Virus record (IMG/VR): IMGVR_UViG_3300037313_001079
From: an uncultured virus (IMG/VR IMGVR_UViG_3300037313_001079)
Lineage: Duplodnaviria > Heunggongvirae > Uroviricota > Caudoviricetes
Length of the DNA stretch: 64,000 nt
Strand: one strand, 5' to 3'
Position 1 is the stretch's first letter, and each line of letters starts with the position of its first letter. The translations under genes and the position numbers were made by a program. Below are positions 60,460 to 64,000 of the stretch, piece after piece. Under the pieces are notes generated by a model. It was not told the DNA's origin. It ran no database searches and saw only the letters and a list, made by a program, of their open reading frames with translations.

Positions 60460-61500
60460 TCAGATGCCCCCCTTGAAGCGCTTGTCGATGTCGAGTCGTT
60501 CGGTCGGGTTCGGTGCGACGCACGCCTCGTAGGCGTCGGGCCAGCGCTCGGCGAGCTGCTCCAGGTCGACCTTCGGAGCCGCGTTGCTGGGCTCCAGCGA
60601 GTAGGCGCGTTCGCCGCCGATGAGGGCGGATTGGGCGTCGCCGAGGGCGGCGATCATCCGGGCCTTCGCGGCGGCCTTCGCCTTCCGCGCGGCGGACTCC
60701 TCGCGCTGGTGCCGGTTGTAGTCGAGGAGCGCGTCCAGGGCGTCACCGTGGCGGTCGATGTCCACCGCGCCGGATCGGGTGGGGTGCAGGCGGCGGAACA
60801 GCTTGGCCAGCGCCTCGCCGTCCCCGGTCGGCTCCGGCGGCACCTGAGCCTGGACGTGGTCGTGCCAGAACTTATCGACGGCGGTGGTGATGTCGTCGAT
60901 CACGTCGCGGTACTCGTCCGCGCGGATGGTGCCCTGGTGGTAGTCGTTGCCGCCGATGAGAACGGCGTAGTGCATGTGCTCGTAGCCGTTGACGATGATC
61001 TGCCACAGCACTTGGGCGGTGACGTCGTCGGGGGCTCCGGCGTGCCACTGCGCGCTCTTGAACACGGACCGGGTTTTGATCTCCAGTGCGCAGGGGGCCT
61101 GTTCGCTGGAATCGAGGGGGCATTCGGTGACGCGCCGGTCGAGGGTGGTCATCCAGTGCGCGTGGTGCTCGTGGGCGACGAGGCCGACGCGGCGGATCAC
61201 GCTGCGGTTCTGCATGGCCCAGCGTCGGGCGACGTTCTCCTCGTTGACGGTGCCCCAGTACGCGGCTTCGCCTGCGTCGTCGACGTCGCGGCCGAGCTTG
61301 TCGTAGTAGACCTTCAGCGGCGGGTTCTGCTCGATCAGGCCGAGGATGGCGGGGACGTCGCTGGAGCCGATGCCGGAGCGGCGGGCGGTGAGCCAGTCGG
61401 CGCGGTCGGCGTCGGCGGGGAGGATGAGGCGGCCGGTGGGGGTGACCCGGCGGCCGGCGGCCGGGGCCGCGGTGGCCCCAGCCTGCGCAGCAGTCGTCAT
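60460..61500 (-). CDS. YqaJ-like viral recombinase exonuclease
   Basis: WLTARRSGIGSSD, TLDR, LEIKT, QVLWQ. Confidence 0.9.
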   Translation of the reverse strand: MTTAAQAGATAAPAAGRRVTPTGRLILPADADRADWLTARRSGIGSSDVPAILGLIEQNPPLKVYYDKLGRDVDDAGEAAYWGTVNEENVARRWAMQNRSVIRRVGLVAHEHHAHWMTTLDRRVTECPLDSSEQAPCALEIKTRSVFKSAQWHAGAPDDVTAQVLWQIIVNGYEHMHYAVLIGGNDYHQGTIRADEYRDVIDDITTAVDKFWHDHVQAQVPPEPTGDGEALAKLFRRLHPTRSGAVDIDRHGDALDALLDYNRHQREESAARKAKAAAKARMIAALGDAQSALIGGERAYSLEPSNAAPKVDLEQLAERWPDAYEACVAPNPTERLDIDKRFKGGI

Positions 61501-61907
61501 CGGTTGCGCACCTTCCTGTTCGTCGAGGCGTTGTGGCAGGCGCGGCAGCGGCGATTGCCGTTCGGACGGATCACCGTGTTGACTTCGTCGTAGGGGTGGC
61601 CTTGCGGGCAGTGGGTCTTGGCCGCGTTCTTCGCGCCGAAGCCCTCGCCGCGGAGGATGTTCTCGGCGTTGGTCACCGGCTCCAGGTGCTCGGGGTTGAC
61701 GCAGTGCCGGACACGGCAGGTGTGGTCAAGGACGAGACCGGCGGGGATGGGGCCTACCAGCAGCTCGTAGGCGAGGCGGTGGACCGCGTGGTGTCGGCCG
61801 CCCACCTTGATCTCTGCGTATCCCTTGCCGTTTCGGGACCGCGTCCAGAGCCAACAGCTGCCTGACCGATCGGTGCGCTGCATGATTCGTTCGAGGACGG
61901 TGGCCAT
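61497..61907 (-). CDS. HNH endonuclease
   Basis: CWLWT, HRLAYE, LDHTCRVRHCVNPEHLEPVT..EN, THCPQGH. Confidence 0.9.
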   Translation of the reverse strand: MATVLERIMQRTDRSGSCWLWTRSRNGKGYAEIKVGGRHHAVHRLAYELLVGPIPAGLVLDHTCRVRHCVNPEHLEPVTNAENILRGEGFGAKNAAKTHCPQGHPYDEVNTVIRPNGNRRCRACHNASTNRKVRNR

Positions 61908-62203
61908 CAGTCCGCCACCTCCGTCATGCAGTGGCGCTCCCACGGCTTCACGAACGTGTCGAGCGAGGCGTCCGGCGTGGTCATCCCGAACCGCTTGCCG
62001 CACTGGCAGGAGCCGATGAGTTCGCAGTCGCCGTACTCGACGATCAGGGCGTGGCCGCCGGCGAGGGTTTCACGGAAGTCGGGGTCGCCCAGTCCGGTGG
62101 GGGTCTGGGGCTCCTTGTCGGCGGCCTCCAGCAGACTGGTGGCCTCGCGGCTCTTGTATCCGTCGCGCTGGAGAGCGTTGAGGATGTCGGTGCGGGCGGT
62201 CAC
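61907..62203 (-). CDS. Hypothetical protein
   Basis: MTARTDILNAL...CQCG...H; coupled. Confidence 0.6.
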   Translation of the reverse strand: MTARTDILNALQRDGYKSREATSLLEAADKEPQTPTGLGDPDFRETLAGGHALIVEYGDCELIGSCQCGKRFGMTTPDASLDTFVKPWERHCMTEVAD

Positions 62204-62403
62204 GGGCGGCCGTCCTTCCGGGAGTTCAGTGGGTGCGGGGCGCAGGCCAGGCCGATCAGGCACACCCCGGCCGCGGCGACCGTGCCGGCGAGGCTGGCGG
62301 CCGGCCCGGTGAACGGGAGTGCGGCGGCGAGGCTCGCGATGGCGGCGCTGGTGGTGACGGCCGCCCAGTACAGGGCCCAGAGGGCGGTACGGCGGGCGGT
62401 CAC
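62200..62403 (-). CDS. Small membrane protein
   Basis: Two hydrophobic segments; GTGA coupling. Confidence 0.55.
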   Translation of the reverse strand: MTARRTALWALYWAAVTTSAAIASLAAALPFTGPAASLAGTVAAAGVCLIGLACAPHPLNSRKDGRP

Positions 62404-62771
62404 GCCGCACCCCGCTGACCCGGCAGCAGCCGCTTCGGGTTGAACCGCGACAGCTTCCGTGCCACCTCGCCCAGCTCGGCCAACAGTCGGTGCGAGTCCT
62501 GGATCCCCACCTCGATCTGAGCCGTGTCCATCCCGGTGACTTCCTCGACGTGCTCCAGGGCGGCGTCGAGTTCGCCTTCGCGGGCGATGCCCTGGACGAC
62601 GGCGGCGAGTTCGTCGAGGGCGTCGATCGCCTCGTCGCGGACGTCGGGGTCGGCCCACTTGGCGACGAGTTGGATGAGGGTGTCGGTGCGGATCTGGTCG
62701 ACGCGGAGGACGGAGTGCAGGTGGTTGGCGCCGAGGTCGAACGACAGCGACGGCTTCTTCGAGTGGTTCAT
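62400..62771 (-). CDS. Hypothetical phage protein
   Basis: 123 aa, GAGG RBS. Confidence 0.65.
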   Translation of the reverse strand: MNHSKKPSLSFDLGANHLHSVLRVDQIRTDTLIQLVAKWADPDVRDEAIDALDELAAVVQGIAREGELDAALEHVEEVTGMDTAQIEVGIQDSHRLLAELGEVARKLSRFNPKRLLPGQRGAA

Positions 62772-63037
62772 CGGTTCACCTCGACGGTGGGAGCAGAAAG
62801 GATGAGCAGGAGCGCGGCGGCGGTCACGGCGGCCGTGCGGCGGGCGTCACGCGCGGCGTGACGGGCGGCGGCCACCTCGACCAGCACGCGGGCGCCGAGG
62901 TCGGTCTCCAGCAGCTGGCGCGGGCCGAAGTAGGCGAGGTCGGCGTCCGCGAACGCGAGCGCGAGGGCGATCAGGCCGATCGCGGACAGGCCGAGGAATC
63001 CGGCAGCAGCCCAGTCGGCGAGGCTGGCGGCGGTCAC
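62768..63037 (-). CDS. Small membrane protein
   Basis: 89 aa, two TM segments. Confidence 0.55.
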   Translation of the reverse strand: MTAASLADWAAAGFLGLSAIGLIALALAFADADLAYFGPRQLLETDLGARVLVEVAAARHAARDARRTAAVTAAALLLILSAPTVEVNR

Positions 63038-63729
63038 AGCGCACCGCCGATCGGCGGCAGGTCCCGGCCGAGCCGGTAGCGGTGGTGGACCGAGGGATAG
63101 TGCTCGCCCTCCAGCGCAGTGCGTTGGCCGGCCAGCAGGTTCCGCAGCTTTTGCACCTGCGGCGTCACGTCCTCCTCGACCACCGGGGCCGGGGCGGGCG
63201 CAGCTTGCCTGGCGCGGAGTTCCTGGACCACGTCGTCCAGCGCCTCGTTCGTCGAGTGCCGCTCCGCTTCCAGCTCGGCGACCCGGGCCCGCAACTGCTC
63301 CAGTTCCGACAGCGGCTCATCGCCCTGCACCACGATCGGCGTCACGTACCCCGAGGTGTCGCTCATCGGCCGGTCATCGTCGGGGTGCGTCCAGAACTGC
63401 ACGTGCACCCCGTGCTCGTTGATCGTCCAGTCCCAGCACTTGCCGTGGGCGTCAGACGGGGCGACGTCGTCGCAGTACGCACGCGCGGCCTCAGCTGTCG
63501 TGAACAGCTCCGGCTCCACTCCCTCGTACTGCGCGAGGTACAGCTCCCTCGGGGGATTCGCCATGGCAGCCAGCCGAGTACGGAGGTCCCACAGCTCCAC
63601 CGCAACCTCGGGCGACATGTGGCGGCCAGCCGAGTCGATCGCCATCGCGATCCCCATCGGGGTCCGCTTTCCGTTCTCCTGCGCCCGGCAGATCAGGTCC
63701 GCCAGCGAGTTCAGCGCCTTGGTGTTCAC
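63034..63729 (-). CDS. Hypothetical phage protein
   Basis: GTG at 63729; coiled coil and VHHRYRLGRDLP tail. Confidence 0.6.
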   Translation of the reverse strand: MNTKALNSLADLICRAQENGKRTPMGIAMAIDSAGRHMSPEVAVELWDLRTRLAAMANPPRELYLAQYEGVEPELFTTAEAARAYCDDVAPSDAHGKCWDWTINEHGVHVQFWTHPDDDRPMSDTSGYVTPIVVQGDEPLSELEQLRARVAELEAERHSTNEALDDVVQELRARQAAPAPAPVVEEDVTPQVQKLRNLLAGQRTALEGEHYPSVHHRYRLGRDLPPIGGAL

Positions 63730-64000
63730 GCGGCCACCGCCGAACCCTCGGCCACCGCCGAGACCAGGCACGTGCCCCACACGTTGACCTTCACGTCCCG
63801 CCACGTCGCATACAGCGACACCGACAGCGACGGGCCGGCGTCGGGGGAGTCGAAGGAGTGCACTCGCACGGTGCCGCCGAGGACCGCGGCGTATGCCTGG
63901 AGCACCTCGCGCATGTCGTAGCCGGCGTGCAGCTCGACGGTGCCCGAGAGGAGCCCGTCCCGCTCCACCGACCAGCGGGCGGCGGCGAGTTCAGGGTGCT
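63726..64000 (-). CDS. Hypothetical protein, 5' end outside window
   Basis: Frame open to the window edge. Confidence 0.5.
   Translation of the reverse strand, partial: HPELAAARWSVERDGLLSGTVELHAGYDMREVLQAYAAVLGGTVRVHSFDSPDAGPSLSVSLYATWRDVKVNVWGTCLVSAVAEGSAVAA

Larger units (their letters stand above)
1..64000. mobile_element. Actinomycete (Streptomyces-like) siphovirus genome or prophage, partial; extends beyond both window edges
   Basis: Colinear terminase-portal-capsid-tail-tape measure-lysis modules plus phage recombination/replication genes; no host housekeeping genes seen. Confidence 0.95.

Noticed and set aside
1..64000. bldA-dependent TTA codons, tRNA genes, integrase/att sites
   Set aside because: The TTA/TAA triplets I spot-checked were out of frame (check not exhaustive); no cloverleaf or recombinase motifs recognised

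Overview
High-GC DNA consistent with a Streptomyces-like actinomycete host. The whole window is most of one siphovirus-type phage or prophage genome, read mainly on the minus strand. From right to left: early/recombination/replication genes (~46-64 kb: YqaJ exonuclease, ERF, DEDDh exonuclease, RuvC-like resolvase, WhiB, DUF2303, DnaB-N/AAA helicase with internal iteron-like repeats, DUF5131 radical-SAM protein, MazG-like protein); a Streptomyces-type conjugation cassette with no rep/int gene of its own (38.0-44.4 kb: TraB FtsK-like translocase, TraA/Spd-like membrane proteins, divergent HTH repressor, dense internal repeats); small regulatory morons (34.9-38 kb); packaging/head/tail genes (12.5-34.8 kb, with a -1 frameshifted tail chaperone and a tape measure protein carrying an NlpC/P60 domain); an oppositely oriented 7-kb insert encoding an NDP-sugar epimerase and two glycosyltransferases, one invaded by an HNH gene (5.6-12.5 kb); a lysis cassette headed by a papain-like protease (2.3-5.4 kb); and, after lysis, an extra tailspike-like gene plus the start of a second head-tail-connector-like gene. 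No integrase, att site, immunity repressor, tRNA, rRNA or CRISPR array was seen, so integrated prophage, plasmid-phage and free phage cannot be distinguished. All functional calls come from motif recognition and synteny by eye; no database search was run. Many starts were moved from the ORF track to RBS-supported codons.
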